From a virus: a DNA stretch of 64,000 nucleotides. The stretch lies in IMG/VR virus record IMGVR_UViG_3300024294_000597; one strand, given 5' to 3'. Both the position numbers and the translations under genes were made by a program. The stretch's first letter is position 1, and every line of letters starts with the position of its first letter. Of this stretch, positions 9,967-20,825 are shown in pieces. The notes below the pieces were generated by a model that was not told where the DNA came from, made no database searches, and saw only the letters and a list, made by a program, of their open reading frames with translations.

Positions 9967-12012
9967 TTATACGTATGTTACTGTGACTTTGACTTCGCCA
10001 GCGTTTGCATTTAGATGTTTCAGTGAACATTTAATTTCTAATTCGGTTGCACCTTCATAATGAAAATCTGGAGTTGTAGTATATGAACCCCCACCTTCAA
10101 TATCGTTTTGGTCCTCTGTCATAAATCTGCTAGGGTCCGCAGTAGTGCCTATTTCCAATGATGGTATTTGATTTGTTGGACCACCTGCATACCCACTTAA
10201 AGGAGTAATAACTTCAACTAGAACACTTACAACCCTAGAGTTATCTGATATACGACCTAGAGTTACAACTTCTGTAGTACCAAATGAACTACTTGGCATT
10301 GTATATGTGTGTGATAGAGAATTTGCATCTGTAGAAGCACTATCTTGGGTAGCAACAATATTCCATTGTGAACCATCCCATACGTGCATTGCCCATTCAC
10401 CTTGTCCAGTGTCAAGAATATAGACGCTATCACCTGGTAATTTAACTGGAATAGCATCACGGGCCGCTATATTAGAAACAACTGTAGTTCCTGCTTTACG
10501 AACACCTTGTTCAACGTTTAGGCCAACAGCATAAGAACCAGTATGCCCACTCAAAATACCGAAATCAGTAGTTGATGAACCCACAGTATCTTGTATTATT
10601 ATTTCACCGCCGTCATTTCTTTCTAATTGTAGAACAAATACGTTTGAACTACCTGCGTAAGATGTACCTAATGATGCACAAGAATTCATGCCTGCAAAGT
10701 TATTATTGTTTGCATCTGGTGATGTATTGGCAATAGTAATAGCACTACCTTGTGCGTGACTTATTACTAAGTTTCCTGAATTTACTGATGCTGTAATATC
10801 AGTAATACCTGCCGCATTAATATCTGCGGCCATATCGTCTGCAATAGCAACTGCCATACCATATGCGGCTTGTCCTGCCGCTGTCGTACTAAAGTTTACT
10901 ACTGAACCATTTATTGCGGCCGAGAACGGTGCAAATCCGCCGATAAGACCGTATGCTGAACCATATGTGTTGATATCTGATGTTATTTCATTTGGTGCTG
11001 GGCTTGCCGATGCTGTTACTTTATGTATTGAAGTTTTTGTATTAATATCTTGTACAGCATTTTGTACACTTACAACCCCTAAACTACTTGTTATGAATAC
11101 AACATCTTCACCGTTAATAGACATAGTGTCGCCTGCTGTTGCTTGTCCGTTAATTACAGTACCACGTGTTGTACTGGGAACTGCATCTACAAGTTTTAAG
11201 AAAATAGCAACACCGGTATCTGATAAAGTTAAATCTCCTGAACCATCAACTGCTGGATAAACAAAATCACCTTTAGTTCCAGGCAACCCTGGTACAAAAT
11301 CAATAACACCATTGGCAGGCCTTAAAAGAAATCTGTTTGGTCCTGGTCCCGGGTGAGTTACAGTTCCGCATAATCTTTCAATATTACTAGGAGACGCTAA
11401 TTCAAAATCTCCAGTTGTCCCATTAAGACAAATAACATCGCCTTCTTCAAATCCATTATTAGGTTGTTCAAGTACATAGTTCATTTGTGGGTTTAGATAT
11501 TTGAAACGTGAATTAACATTTGCGTAGAAGTCACTTGAAACAATACCAGTTGGTAGTGGATCCAACATAGGATCACCTTCTTCATTAATTTGAAATACTA
11601 CTGCACCACCTGGTACGTTAAATATGCCTGTACCTGATGCACTTCTGAATGTGTTATATCTTAATCTGTCTTCTACTTGACATGTTATCGTGAATGCTGT
11701 TTTTTGTGAAATACTTACAATTTGTAACGCACGACCATCAGTCGCACCTGCGATAAAATCACCTACTACAATATCATAACCGTTAAACGCCCTTGGTGTT
11801 CTAGTTAAATGAGAACCATGCTGTACTGTTGTTACAGTCATATTTATTTCCCATCTATATGATTTGGCGTTACCGCCACCTGACCACCATGGGTCTCCTT
11901 TGCCATCATCATACTCCCAATTAGCTAGTGGAGTTGCTGATAAGACATTGCAGGGAAGAACTTTTGCTGGGACGTTTAGGTCGATTGCACTAGTCTTATA
12001 ATTAATCGCCAT
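9967..12012 (-). CDS. Virion structural protein
   Basis: 681 aa in the structural block; C-terminal beta-sandwich resembles that of the 4968-9752 protein. Confidence 0.6.
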   Translation of the reverse strand: MAINYKTSAIDLNVPAKVLPCNVLSATPLANWEYDDGKGDPWWSGGGNAKSYRWEINMTVTTVQHGSHLTRTPRAFNGYDIVVGDFIAGATDGRALQIVSISQKTAFTITCQVEDRLRYNTFRSASGTGIFNVPGGAVVFQINEEGDPMLDPLPTGIVSSDFYANVNSRFKYLNPQMNYVLEQPNNGFEEGDVICLNGTTGDFELASPSNIERLCGTVTHPGPGPNRFLLRPANGVIDFVPGLPGTKGDFVYPAVDGSGDLTLSDTGVAIFLKLVDAVPSTTRGTVINGQATAGDTMSINGEDVVFITSSLGVVSVQNAVQDINTKTSIHKVTASASPAPNEITSDINTYGSAYGLIGGFAPFSAAINGSVVNFSTTAAGQAAYGMAVAIADDMAADINAAGITDITASVNSGNLVISHAQGSAITIANTSPDANNNNFAGMNSCASLGTSYAGSSNVFVLQLERNDGGEIIIQDTVGSSTTDFGILSGHTGSYAVGLNVEQGVRKAGTTVVSNIAARDAIPVKLPGDSVYILDTGQGEWAMHVWDGSQWNIVATQDSASTDANSLSHTYTMPSSSFGTTEVVTLGRISDNSRVVSVLVEVITPLSGYAGGPTNQIPSLEIGTTADPSRFMTEDQNDIEGGGSYTTTPDFHYEGATELEIKCSLKHLNANAGEVKVTVTYV

Positions 12013-12029
12013 TCAAATTATTCCTATTC

Positions 12030-15000
12030 TTACATCATTGTAAACATGACCCATGCATGGGTATCAGTACCAAATGAACGAGATGCGCCGGTGTCTGCTT
12101 CTCTAAGTTTCAATGTAACTGTTGATGACCCTAGTGAACCAAATGCTGTTGGAGAACCGGCTGAACCGCCACCCGCTACTTTACGAGTTGATATATCTTT
12201 GTTCAGTGGCATTATAACGTATTCATTTGAGCCTCTTGCATAGCCATATATTAATATATTAGCTGGCGGATAACTATGCCCTGAGAAAGTAATCTCAACG
12301 TCACCGCCTGTAGTTGATAAAATTGTTGCACTTACACCACTTGAAGTGTTTGATATAGAACTCAAACTACCGTTAGTTGCATAATTTAATTTAAATTTCT
12401 CAGTAGAAGTTCCACCTCCACCTCCACCACCAGATGCCGGAGCCGCTGGAGCATATGAATTGTTACTACTGTTCCACGTTAATACATCGCCATTATTTGG
12501 TGTATCTGTGGCAACATCTGATAATTCTGTAATTGATTCGCTTGTTAAGTCAGTTGTGCTACCTGATGTAGCAACAAATTTTGTTCCGTCCCATGCTAAG
12601 TAATCGCCTGTGCTAACACCTGATATGTTTACATCTTGGAAGTCGCCAACAGAAGAACTTGATAAGTCTGGTGTACCGCCTGTTTCATTGACTGGTGCCC
12701 ATTCTGAGCCTGACCATTTTAATATTTGTCCCGTACTCGGAGCGTTAGCTGATACGTTTTGTAAATCGCCGATATTTGCATTCAATGAGAACACATCAGA
12801 ATTTAACTGTAAACCAGTTCCTGCTGTGTATGTGTCACCTAGTAGATTTCCGGTATCTGTTAAGTCATCGATATCTGTAGGTATAGTTGGCTTATTCTTT
12901 ATGTTTGTCCAATCCATTACGTCTTGGCTGTTGAACATCAAGTTTGCGCCAGTAGTATTAAGTGTGTTATTACCAATGTATAATGAGTTATCACTTAAGA
13001 ACAAGTGTCTAATCTTTTTAGATGCACTACCAATATCATATGTTTCAGTTGTATCTGGTAAGATATGAAAATCAAACTGACCCATATATGATTCAACATC
13101 TGAGTCACCGTATGATGAACCACCGCCACCTGTTACAGTTGAGAATGTAAAGTTACCCGAACCATCAGTTGTAAGAACTTGGCCACTAGTACCAGAAGGC
13201 ATAGTCAAATCGCTCAATGTACTTGGTATCAAACTATTTGAGTCTGCTAACTGATTAATGTCTGTAATCGCTGTAGGCTTGCCTGTCAAGTCACTATAAG
13301 CACCGCTAAATGCATCTGTGATGCCATAGCCTGCTAAGGTCGATGGTGTACTTGTTACATTGCTCCATGCTATAGATGATGCATTGCCTAATAAATTACT
13401 ATTATCAGTTAGGTCACCCAAATCTACTGGAATGCTTGGTTTGTTTGATAAAGATACATAGTTACCATCGAATGTAGTAAATCCTGTATCATTAGTCAAA
13501 TCACTTACTTTAGATGGTATTGTTGGTTTACCAATCAAATCTGAATATATACCACTAAACGTACTAAAGTTAGTTAAGTTTGGAGGAGTATATGTGAACA
13601 CACCTGACGCTGAACTATATGTAAGTGAACCATTACCACTTGCATTTTGTTGAGAAACAGAAACTGCCGTTCTTGCATCTGCATCTGAATATGTTGAACC
13701 ACCACCTGTAGAAGCGATAGTTAATATACCACCTGCTCCTGGTGTGATAGTAATGTTTGCACCTGGCAATAGTTGTGAACCTAGTCTTTGGTCTACTCTT
13801 GAATCTGTATAATAAAGATTATTCGTACCTTCAGTAATTATATCACTGTTAGTTGCTTGAATTCTTGAATCTACACGTGAATCTTTATAGTAAAGATTAG
13901 TCGAACCTTCTGCTAATGCATCTGTGCTTGTCAGTACTAAATCATCGTCTGGTTCAAATCTATTTGCTGATGCGTTCCATTTTAGAACTTGTCCGTCAGT
14001 TAAGCCTGCTGTACTCACATCAAGTAAGTCATTTATACCTGCATTTAATGTAAACTCGCCGCTTACACTATTGTATTGTAAACCGACGCCTGCACTTAAA
14101 TCTGTTAAGGCTATTCCTGCACCACCAGTTGAAGTTGAGTCAGGCGATGCCGCCCATTGCGACCCATCCCATTTTAGAACTTCACCAGTTGCTGGAGTAC
14201 TTGAACTTACGTTTGTCAGGTCACTTAATGATAAATCTAAATTCTGAATTGTAGCACCATTGAAGTCTACTGTACCTGAGAATGATGATGAACCATTTGA
14301 TGAAATATTACCACCGAAACCTGCTGAACCACTCGTATTATCAAGTAGAACATTACCGTTAGTATCGTATAGTTTACCTTCGAATGCATTTGCTGTAACT
14401 GTAGTTGTTGTAGTAATACGATTAAATGTTACATCGTCTGTAGTAGCAAGTGATTGGTCAGAAACAACTGCCTGAGAATATTCATACTGATTGTTAAGGT
14501 TGTTCCATACTAGAGTATCACCGTTTGATGGATTATTCAGTCTATCAACATTTGATAAATGCTGTATGCTAGGATAAGAGTTTACCCACGCTGTACCGCT
14601 CCATTGCAATGATTGATATTGCTGTGTGTTTGCAATCGTTGTGTCCGATGCACCAGCGATTGAACCAGATAGATTTACTGTCTGATTTTCCCATTCACCT
14701 GATGTATTATTATATACTAAGAACTGACCATCTGTTGTGCCTGTTACTGTAACGTCATCTAAGTCATCTATAGTTTGCACAGAAGACCCACCAAGTGATG
14801 ATAGGTCTACAGTATTACCATTTGCTATAGTTAAGATATTGGTTGAAGTATCGAATGATAGAGTTTGGTTGTCTGTGTCTGTAAACATACCAGAAAAATC
14901 TACTGTATTACTTCCTGAGATACTTAATTGTGTTCCAGCTAAAGATAGTGACTGAGCGCCTGCGCCCGATAAACTTGATAAATCAACCCCATTGCCTCCA

Positions 15001-16646
15001 GATATCGATAAGGTCGTACCTGAAAATAGAAGTGTTTGGTTTGAAGGAATTGTTGGTTGATTTGATAGAGAATTATAATCTCCGTCGAATACACTACCTG
15101 GCATCCAGTGTCCCATTGACTGCGACCAAACTAATGCTTGACCGTTAGTTGGGATATGTCCTGGTGTCGTTGTATCTACGTCTGCCAATCCATTAAGGTC
15201 GGCCGCGCCAGCGCCACCACCTGCTAATGATGATAAGTCTACGTAGTTACCATTTGCTATGGTTAATCTGTTATTATTAGTGTCGAAAGATAATGTTTGA
15301 TTATCTGTATCGGTGAACATACCTGAGAAATCTACAGTGTTGCCACCTGATATCGAAAGTTGTGTTCCAGCTAATGTTAAATTCTGTGTCGTGCCTGCTA
15401 ATAGGCTAGTTGTATCTGTTAAGTCTGATACATCTGCTGGTATTGTAGGCTTATTAGTTAGGCTATTATAGTCAGTACTGATAAGTGAACCAATGTCAAC
15501 TGTGTTACCAGAAGAAATTGCTATCTGTGTGCCGTTTAAAGAAAGTGTTTGTGGAGTAGAGTTGCCTCCTCCTCCTGCACCTGTTGGATCAGCGGCTACC
15601 CACTGACTGCCGTTGTAAGTTAGTACTTGTCCTGTTGTACCTGATACAGTAAGTGTATCAGCCGCGACCGCAGTACCTTGGAATGTTTCAGCGTAAATAT
15701 CATTATATTTGTATGTTGAAGAACCAATATCAAAAGTATTTGTTACTGTCGGTACAGTTGATTGGTCTAATCTTACAAATGGGTCATCATCATTGTATGT
15801 TGGTAATTGAACTGTATTACCGCCTGATATAGTAAGGGCCGTTCCCAATAAAGTAAGGCTTTGTGGAACACCAGCGTTACCGCCACCGCCACCGCCTGTA
15901 GGTTGTGAAGCAACCCAAGTAGAACCGTTCCATGTTAGTACATCACCTTGAGCAGTACCTACTAATGCTAGATTTTCTGCTAATACGGCAGTACCTTGGA
16001 ATGTCTCTGCATAAATGTCATTAAATCTTCTGGATGAAGAACCTAAATCAAATGTATTGTCTACAGTTGGTACGCTATGAGCATCTACTCTTAAGTATTT
16101 TGCGTCACTTTCTGTTTTTGAATAAACATTAAGATTTGTTCTTGCTTGATTTTTGTCGGTTAAATCAGATAAATTGTTTGCAATCTCTAAACTGCCTGAT
16201 AAACTTGCTGTTAGCGTAATAGTAAGAGTATCGTTTGCTTCTGCTATTGCAAGACCGCTACCTACACTAATACTTTTTGCTTCAAGTACATCACCTGATA
16301 TTGAATTACCTTTAATAATTCCTAGTCCAGTACCAAGATTGGTACCACTAGATAAGCCTGCGGCAGATGCCGCAACATCAAATACTAAGGCTTGTCCGTT
16401 GTCTGTAATTGTTAAATTTGTGCCGGCTACAAGACTTTTTAATTCTAGGGCTGTTCCTGTCGCCTGTCCTAATCCAACTCCAGTACCTATGTTCGATACT
16501 GTTGTTAAACCAGCGCCGCCAGATGCACCCGTATTAGTTGCGTTTACAAACGCATTTTCACTAGCATCATAAACTAATATTTGGCTGTCCGACAAATTGC
16601 CAACTAGTTTAAATGTAGGACTAAATGGTTGTGCGTTAATGCTCAT
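12030..16646 (-). CDS. Large repeat-rich tail-fibre-like protein
   Basis: Recurring LxDLxDV..GQVLxWxGxxW, QTLSLxGTxLSISGGNTVD, FSGxYSDLxxKP, EGxxNLYY and PxxxxTxDxGS modules with poly-Gly linkers. Confidence 0.75.
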   Translation of the reverse strand: MSINAQPFSPTFKLVGNLSDSQILVYDASENAFVNATNTGASGGAGLTTVSNIGTGVGLGQATGTALELKSLVAGTNLTITDNGQALVFDVAASAAGLSSGTNLGTGLGIIKGNSISGDVLEAKSISVGSGLAIAEANDTLTITLTASLSGSLEIANNLSDLTDKNQARTNLNVYSKTESDAKYLRVDAHSVPTVDNTFDLGSSSRRFNDIYAETFQGTAVLAENLALVGTAQGDVLTWNGSTWVASQPTGGGGGGNAGVPQSLTLLGTALTISGGNTVQLPTYNDDDPFVRLDQSTVPTVTNTFDIGSSTYKYNDIYAETFQGTAVAADTLTVSGTTGQVLTYNGSQWVAADPTGAGGGGNSTPQTLSLNGTQIAISSGNTVDIGSLISTDYNSLTNKPTIPADVSDLTDTTSLLAGTTQNLTLAGTQLSISGGNTVDFSGMFTDTDNQTLSFDTNNNRLTIANGNYVDLSSLAGGGAGAADLNGLADVDTTTPGHIPTNGQALVWSQSMGHWMPGSVFDGDYNSLSNQPTIPSNQTLLFSGTTLSISGGNGVDLSSLSGAGAQSLSLAGTQLSISGSNTVDFSGMFTDTDNQTLSFDTSTNILTIANGNTVDLSSLGGSSVQTIDDLDDVTVTGTTDGQFLVYNNTSGEWENQTVNLSGSIAGASDTTIANTQQYQSLQWSGTAWVNSYPSIQHLSNVDRLNNPSNGDTLVWNNLNNQYEYSQAVVSDQSLATTDDVTFNRITTTTTVTANAFEGKLYDTNGNVLLDNTSGSAGFGGNISSNGSSSFSGTVDFNGATIQNLDLSLSDLTNVSSSTPATGEVLKWDGSQWAASPDSTSTGGAGIALTDLSAGVGLQYNSVSGEFTLNAGINDLLDVSTAGLTDGQVLKWNASANRFEPDDDLVLTSTDALAEGSTNLYYKDSRVDSRIQATNSDIITEGTNNLYYTDSRVDQRLGSQLLPGANITITPGAGGILTIASTGGGSTYSDADARTAVSVSQQNASGNGSLTYSSASGVFTYTPPNLTNFSTFSGIYSDLIGKPTIPSKVSDLTNDTGFTTFDGNYVSLSNKPSIPVDLGDLTDNSNLLGNASSIAWSNVTSTPSTLAGYGITDAFSGAYSDLTGKPTAITDINQLADSNSLIPSTLSDLTMPSGTSGQVLTTDGSGNFTFSTVTGGGGSSYGDSDVESYMGQFDFHILPDTTETYDIGSASKKIRHLFLSDNSLYIGNNTLNTTGANLMFNSQDVMDWTNIKNKPTIPTDIDDLTDTGNLLGDTYTAGTGLQLNSDVFSLNANIGDLQNVSANAPSTGQILKWSGSEWAPVNETGGTPDLSSSSVGDFQDVNISGVSTGDYLAWDGTKFVATSGSTTDLTSESITELSDVATDTPNNGDVLTWNSSNNSYAPAAPASGGGGGGGTSTEKFKLNYATNGSLSSISNTSSGVSATILSTTGGDVEITFSGHSYPPANILIYGYARGSNEYVIMPLNKDISTRKVAGGGSAGSPTAFGSLGSSTVTLKLREADTGASRSFGTDTHAWVMFTMM

Positions 16647-16658
16647 ATCTGTGTTCCT

Positions 16659-17030
16659 TTAGTAATTCAAAAAGATTTTCTCTACGTAACCCGCTTGAGT
16701 AAAATCTGATATACCCAAAGAAGTCCTGTCTAAAGATGCTCTTAAATAAACTAAGTTAGCCACGAATGTGAAACCTTCAACTCCTGTGAAGTTTGTGTAA
16801 TCTTTGTAAGGCAATCCACTGAATAGTACGTCAAACCAGTCATCCTCTGTAGGATTAGTGGCTAATGTACCTTGGATTTTAATTCTACCTGAAAAATCTT
16901 GACCGTAAATTGCTACAGTATGTATTCCATCTGTGTAACCGTAATAACTGTCACCAGGAACTGCATTGCCAGTAGTGTTTAGTTCAAGAGTACCTGTCTG
17001 TGGTAAAAGTGTAACTGTTTTACGTGCCAT
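16659..17030 (-). CDS. Hypothetical protein, probably virion-associated
   Basis: First gene of the structural block, after TAAATA at 17088-17093; SD GGAG. Confidence 0.55.
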   Translation of the reverse strand: MARKTVTLLPQTGTLELNTTGNAVPGDSYYGYTDGIHTVAIYGQDFSGRIKIQGTLATNPTEDDWFDVLFSGLPYKDYTNFTGVEGFTFVANLVYLRASLDRTSLGISDFTQAGYVEKIFLNY

Positions 17031-17086
17031 TTATTCTCCAACCTTTTCGTAATTAACTTGTATAGTTCGTTCAATAATAACTATAC

Positions 17087-17794
17087 TTATTTATCTAAAT
17101 CACTTAATAGCACGGATTTTGTTATGGTACTAATGCACTCACTTGCAACAAAAGTTAGCAAATCTGTATCAATTCTCTCACGGCAATAAATTGCGTATAG
17201 TTGATACGGATGATGAATATATCTGCCCTGTTTCTTTTGCATATATACAGGATCAAAACGCATCATATTAGAGTTAAGTCTATAATTTGGATTATGTGCA
17301 TACATTTTGTACAAGTCGTGACCTGTATGGTCAATAAAATCTCTATTAGGCTTGAATACTATCTTATATTGATATTTTTTAAACCATAGCGACCTCTTTA
17401 TTTCTACTCTACGGTCAAAGCTATCTAATACCTCTTTTAGATTTTCAATCATAGGCTCAGCGTAGCTTTTATGCAAATCTACATATCTTTGTTTTGCTTC
17501 TTCATAATCAGACTTATGTTTAAAATACACATGAGTTAATGCACCATTATTGAATTTTACGTTTTTAAACTTTTTTAAGTAGTTATAGCAATTAATTCTA
17601 ACTGATTTTTCTTCATCGTCACGTGGCATATCAAACCACCAATCATTAATAGCTTGTGGATTTTCTTGGAAATGTCTTCGCCAAAATAAGCTGTCTTTAT
17701 CTGGGAATCCAAATAAACGCTTAAATGATATCTTATATGGGTGAGTCCCATAAAATAATTTAGTTACTTTTTCCGTAATCAAAATCAATCTCAC
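17087..17794 (-). CDS. Hypothetical protein
   Basis: Long ORF directly downstream of clpA; start uncertain. Confidence 0.55.
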   Translation of the reverse strand: MRLILITEKVTKLFYGTHPYKISFKRLFGFPDKDSLFWRRHFQENPQAINDWWFDMPRDDEEKSVRINCYNYLKKFKNVKFNNGALTHVYFKHKSDYEEAKQRYVDLHKSYAEPMIENLKEVLDSFDRRVEIKRSLWFKKYQYKIVFKPNRDFIDHTGHDLYKMYAHNPNYRLNSNMMRFDPVYMQKKQGRYIHHPYQLYAIYCRERIDTDLLTFVASECISTITKSVLLSDLDK

Positions 17795-19991
17795 TATTTT
17801 TGATATTAATTGTTACTGCGCCACCATCGACAAGTTTTCCAAATAATATTTCTTTTGATAAAGGTTTCTTAATGTAATCATTGACTACTCGTTGTAAAGG
17901 TCTTGCTCCCATGTCAGGGAGATATCCTTTATCTCTTAACCAAACTCTTGCTTCATCTGATAATTGTATAGATACATTTTTATCTGATAGCATTTCATTG
18001 ATTTCTTTGATTGTTTTATCAACAATCATGTCTATGTGTTCACGTTCCAATGAAACAAATTCAACCATTGCATCTAGTCTATTTCTAAACTCTGGTGAAA
18101 AGAATTTCTTAACTGCTTCATATGAAGCACCTTGATTTGAATTCGTGAACCCTATAGCACTCTTAGATTGTTGTGCCGCTCCTAAGTTACTAGTCATTAT
18201 AAGAATAACATTGCTAAAGTCTGCTGTTTTACCAGTTGAACTAGTCAAACGACCATCGTCCATAACTTGTAATAAGAGGTTCATTACACTTGGATGGGCT
18301 TTCTCAACTTCATCTAATAGAACAACACAGTTAGGTGTTTCATCTACGTCATTGATAAGTTGTCCAGCACCAGCCCCGCCTTCGGCGTGTCCTACATAGC
18401 CCGGAGGGGCACCGATAAGTTTAGATACAGAATGTTGTTCCATGTATTCTGACATATCGTACTTTCTAAGTTTGATATCAAGATTATCTGCTAATTGTCT
18501 ACACAATTCAGTTTTACCTGTTCCTGTTGGACCTACAAACAAGAATGACCCTATAGGTTTATTTCTTGCCCTCATACCTGATTTAGATACGAGTATAGAT
18601 TCAACTAATGAACCAACTGCTTTGTCTTGTCCAAATAGTTTTGTCTTAATACTTTCTTCTAGTTTTTCATAGTTCGCATTTTGTTTTGCGTCTATCATTT
18701 CTAAAGGAATTCTTGTAATTTTTGCTACGGCTTGTTGTATTTCTTCTTTAGAAATTTTACCTTTATGTTTGTGTAGCTTTGCTCTTGCACCTGCTACATC
18801 AATAACATCGATTGCTCTATCAGGGTTAAACTTACCATGCATATAACGTTCTGCTAAATCAACTGATAACTCTATCGCTTCGCTTGTATATTCTACTTCG
18901 TGATATGCTTCATAATATTGCTTCAAGCCTTTTAAAATTAATTTTGTATTCTCTGCACTTGGTTGGTCAATAACAAGTTTCTGAAAACGTCTTTGTAATG
19001 CTCTATCTTTTTCAAAGTTTTCTCTGTATTCTTCACTTGTTGTTGCACCAATACAATGCAATTTACCATTTGCTAATAATGGTTTCAATAAGTTTGCAAT
19101 ATCTATATTAGACCCACCTGCCGAACCTGCACCCATAATCATATGTATTTCATCAATGAATAAGATAACATCTTTCTTCAATGCTAGTTGGTCAAATACT
19201 GCTTTTGCTCTTTCTTCAAATTCACCACGATACTTTGTACCTGCTACTAATGAAGTAACATCTAGTGAGTAAACTGTTTTTTCTTTTAATATCTCAGGAA
19301 CTTGTCCTTCACCAATCATCAATGCAAGACCTTCTGCTATAGCAGTTTTACCTACGCCTGGTTCACCGACTACGATTACATTATTCTTTTTACGTCTTGC
19401 TAATACTTCGGTCATTTCGATTAGTTCATCTTCACGACCAATAACTGGATCAATTAGTCCATCCAATGCTTGTTGATTTAGATTTAAGCAATAATCTTCA
19501 AATCTAACAGGTGCGCCTTGTCCCTGTCCGCCACCAACCATGTCTCTACCTTGCTGAGTACCATAATATTCTTTTCTAAGAATATCAATGGCTTTATCAC
19601 GGGTAACACCTGATTGCTTTAAAATATAATAAGCTGTAGAACCATTCTCACTCAATAGAGAAACAAATATATCTCTTACTTGAAGTTTGGAACGTCCACT
19701 AAAAATTACTTGTGTTACTGCACGATTGAAAACACGGTCTAATGATAGAGTTTTTCTTGGCGTCTTAGTATCTTCGTTCTTCGTAATATCATCACGTTCA
19801 TTGAGAAATTTTTCTAGTTCTTCTAAAATAAATTTTACGTCACATTTCATTTTTGATAACATGTCACTAACGTCTTCTTCTTCCATAATAGAATATAAAA
19901 GATGTTCTAGTGTTACATATTCGTGTGCGAGTGAATTTGCGTGTTGAACAGCACGTTCAATAGAAATGTTTACTCTATCTGCTTTGCTCAT
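17760..19991 (-). CDS. clpA: ATP-dependent Clp protease ATPase subunit ClpA
   Basis: Clp N-domain (EYVTLEHLL), two AAA+ modules (GEPGVGKT, GPTGTGKT, IDEIH, LDEVEKAH), an IGF ClpP-docking loop and no ClpB middle domain. Confidence 0.92.
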   Translation of the reverse strand: MSKADRVNISIERAVQHANSLAHEYVTLEHLLYSIMEEEDVSDMLSKMKCDVKFILEELEKFLNERDDITKNEDTKTPRKTLSLDRVFNRAVTQVIFSGRSKLQVRDIFVSLLSENGSTAYYILKQSGVTRDKAIDILRKEYYGTQQGRDMVGGGQGQGAPVRFEDYCLNLNQQALDGLIDPVIGREDELIEMTEVLARRKKNNVIVVGEPGVGKTAIAEGLALMIGEGQVPEILKEKTVYSLDVTSLVAGTKYRGEFEERAKAVFDQLALKKDVILFIDEIHMIMGAGSAGGSNIDIANLLKPLLANGKLHCIGATTSEEYRENFEKDRALQRRFQKLVIDQPSAENTKLILKGLKQYYEAYHEVEYTSEAIELSVDLAERYMHGKFNPDRAIDVIDVAGARAKLHKHKGKISKEEIQQAVAKITRIPLEMIDAKQNANYEKLEESIKTKLFGQDKAVGSLVESILVSKSGMRARNKPIGSFLFVGPTGTGKTELCRQLADNLDIKLRKYDMSEYMEQHSVSKLIGAPPGYVGHAEGGAGAGQLINDVDETPNCVVLLDEVEKAHPSVMNLLLQVMDDGRLTSSTGKTADFSNVILIMTSNLGAAQQSKSAIGFTNSNQGASYEAVKKFFSPEFRNRLDAMVEFVSLEREHIDMIVDKTIKEINEMLSDKNVSIQLSDEARVWLRDKGYLPDMGARPLQRVVNDYIKKPLSKEILFGKLVDGGAVTINIKNSEIDFDYGKSN

Positions 19992-20370
19992 TTTCTTCCT
20001 TGAATTTTATTTTTAGTGACAAGTCACCTAATATTTTCTTTACAACAATAGTGTCATTCATTCTAGTTTCGTAAGGAACTAAAACTTCAAAAGGAACATC
20101 CTGACACATAAATGTCTGTGTTGTTCCTAATATAATAGATAAGTCTTGCTTTGAAATAGGGACTGTTATGCTGAGTGTCCTTACGACACCATTTTTGGGT
20201 TTTTTATCTTTTAACTGTATATAAGCAAGTCTTACCTTATCGAATGTTTCTCTATCGCCGTCGCCTGTATCTGGGTGATGTTTTTTCATAAGTCGTTTGT
20301 ACGACATTCTTATATCATCACTCGTAGAATATTTATCGATTTTTAAAACTGCGTATGGATCTGCTATCAT
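19975..20370 (-). CDS. J-domain (DnaJ-like) protein
   Basis: DPYAVL...YKRLMKKHHPD with HPD intact. Confidence 0.85.
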   Translation of the reverse strand: MIADPYAVLKIDKYSTSDDIRMSYKRLMKKHHPDTGDGDRETFDKVRLAYIQLKDKKPKNGVVRTLSITVPISKQDLSIILGTTQTFMCQDVPFEVLVPYETRMNDTIVVKKILGDLSLKIKFKEENEQSR

Positions 20371-20825
20371 TTAAGAAATTTACCAAAGAAGTTTTCTTCG
20401 TCTTCGACTTCTATTTCGATTCCTTCTTGTTCATTTAATTCTTGTAATACCCCATCCGCTTCTTCATAATATTCTCTATATGCCACAATCACTGATTGCT
20501 GTTGGTCTAGTAATTCTAGTATATCTGCGATATTATAAGATAATCCTTCATAATCTTCTGCATCTAACCCAAAGATTACGATAGCTTTGCCGTCTTTTTC
20601 TAATTTAGCAAATTCTTCTTCAACATTGTCTCTTGTGAGAACCATGAAATCAACATTACGCATATTCAATGTTTTAGTTTCGGGTAATATTAATTCAGGG
20701 CGTTGGATTGGCTCTGGCGTATAAGTCACTGATTTTGGCGTAGAACTACAACTAGTTAATAGGAACGTAGTTAGGGTTAGCAATATCAGGACATGTAGTG
20801 TTTGCTTTGCTTTTTTTAGTAACAT
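20367..20825 (-). CDS. Lipoprotein, probable o-spanin (Rz1-like)
   Basis: Lipobox FLLTSC, Pro-rich segment after the Cys, overlap with the 3' end of the upstream gene. Confidence 0.65.
   Translation of the reverse strand: MLLKKAKQTLHVLILLTLTTFLLTSCSSTPKSVTYTPEPIQRPELILPETKTLNMRNVDFMVLTRDNVEEEFAKLEKDGKAIVIFGLDAEDYEGLSYNIADILELLDQQQSVIVAYREYYEEADGVLQELNEQEGIEIEVEDEENFFGKFLK

Noticed and set aside
4283-16572. Many long plus-strand ORFs (for example 7123-8121, 332 aa) opposite the structural genes
   Set aside because: Antisense shadows of Gly/Thr/Ser/Ala-biased codons; Pro/Val/Ser-rich, with no RBS or motifs.
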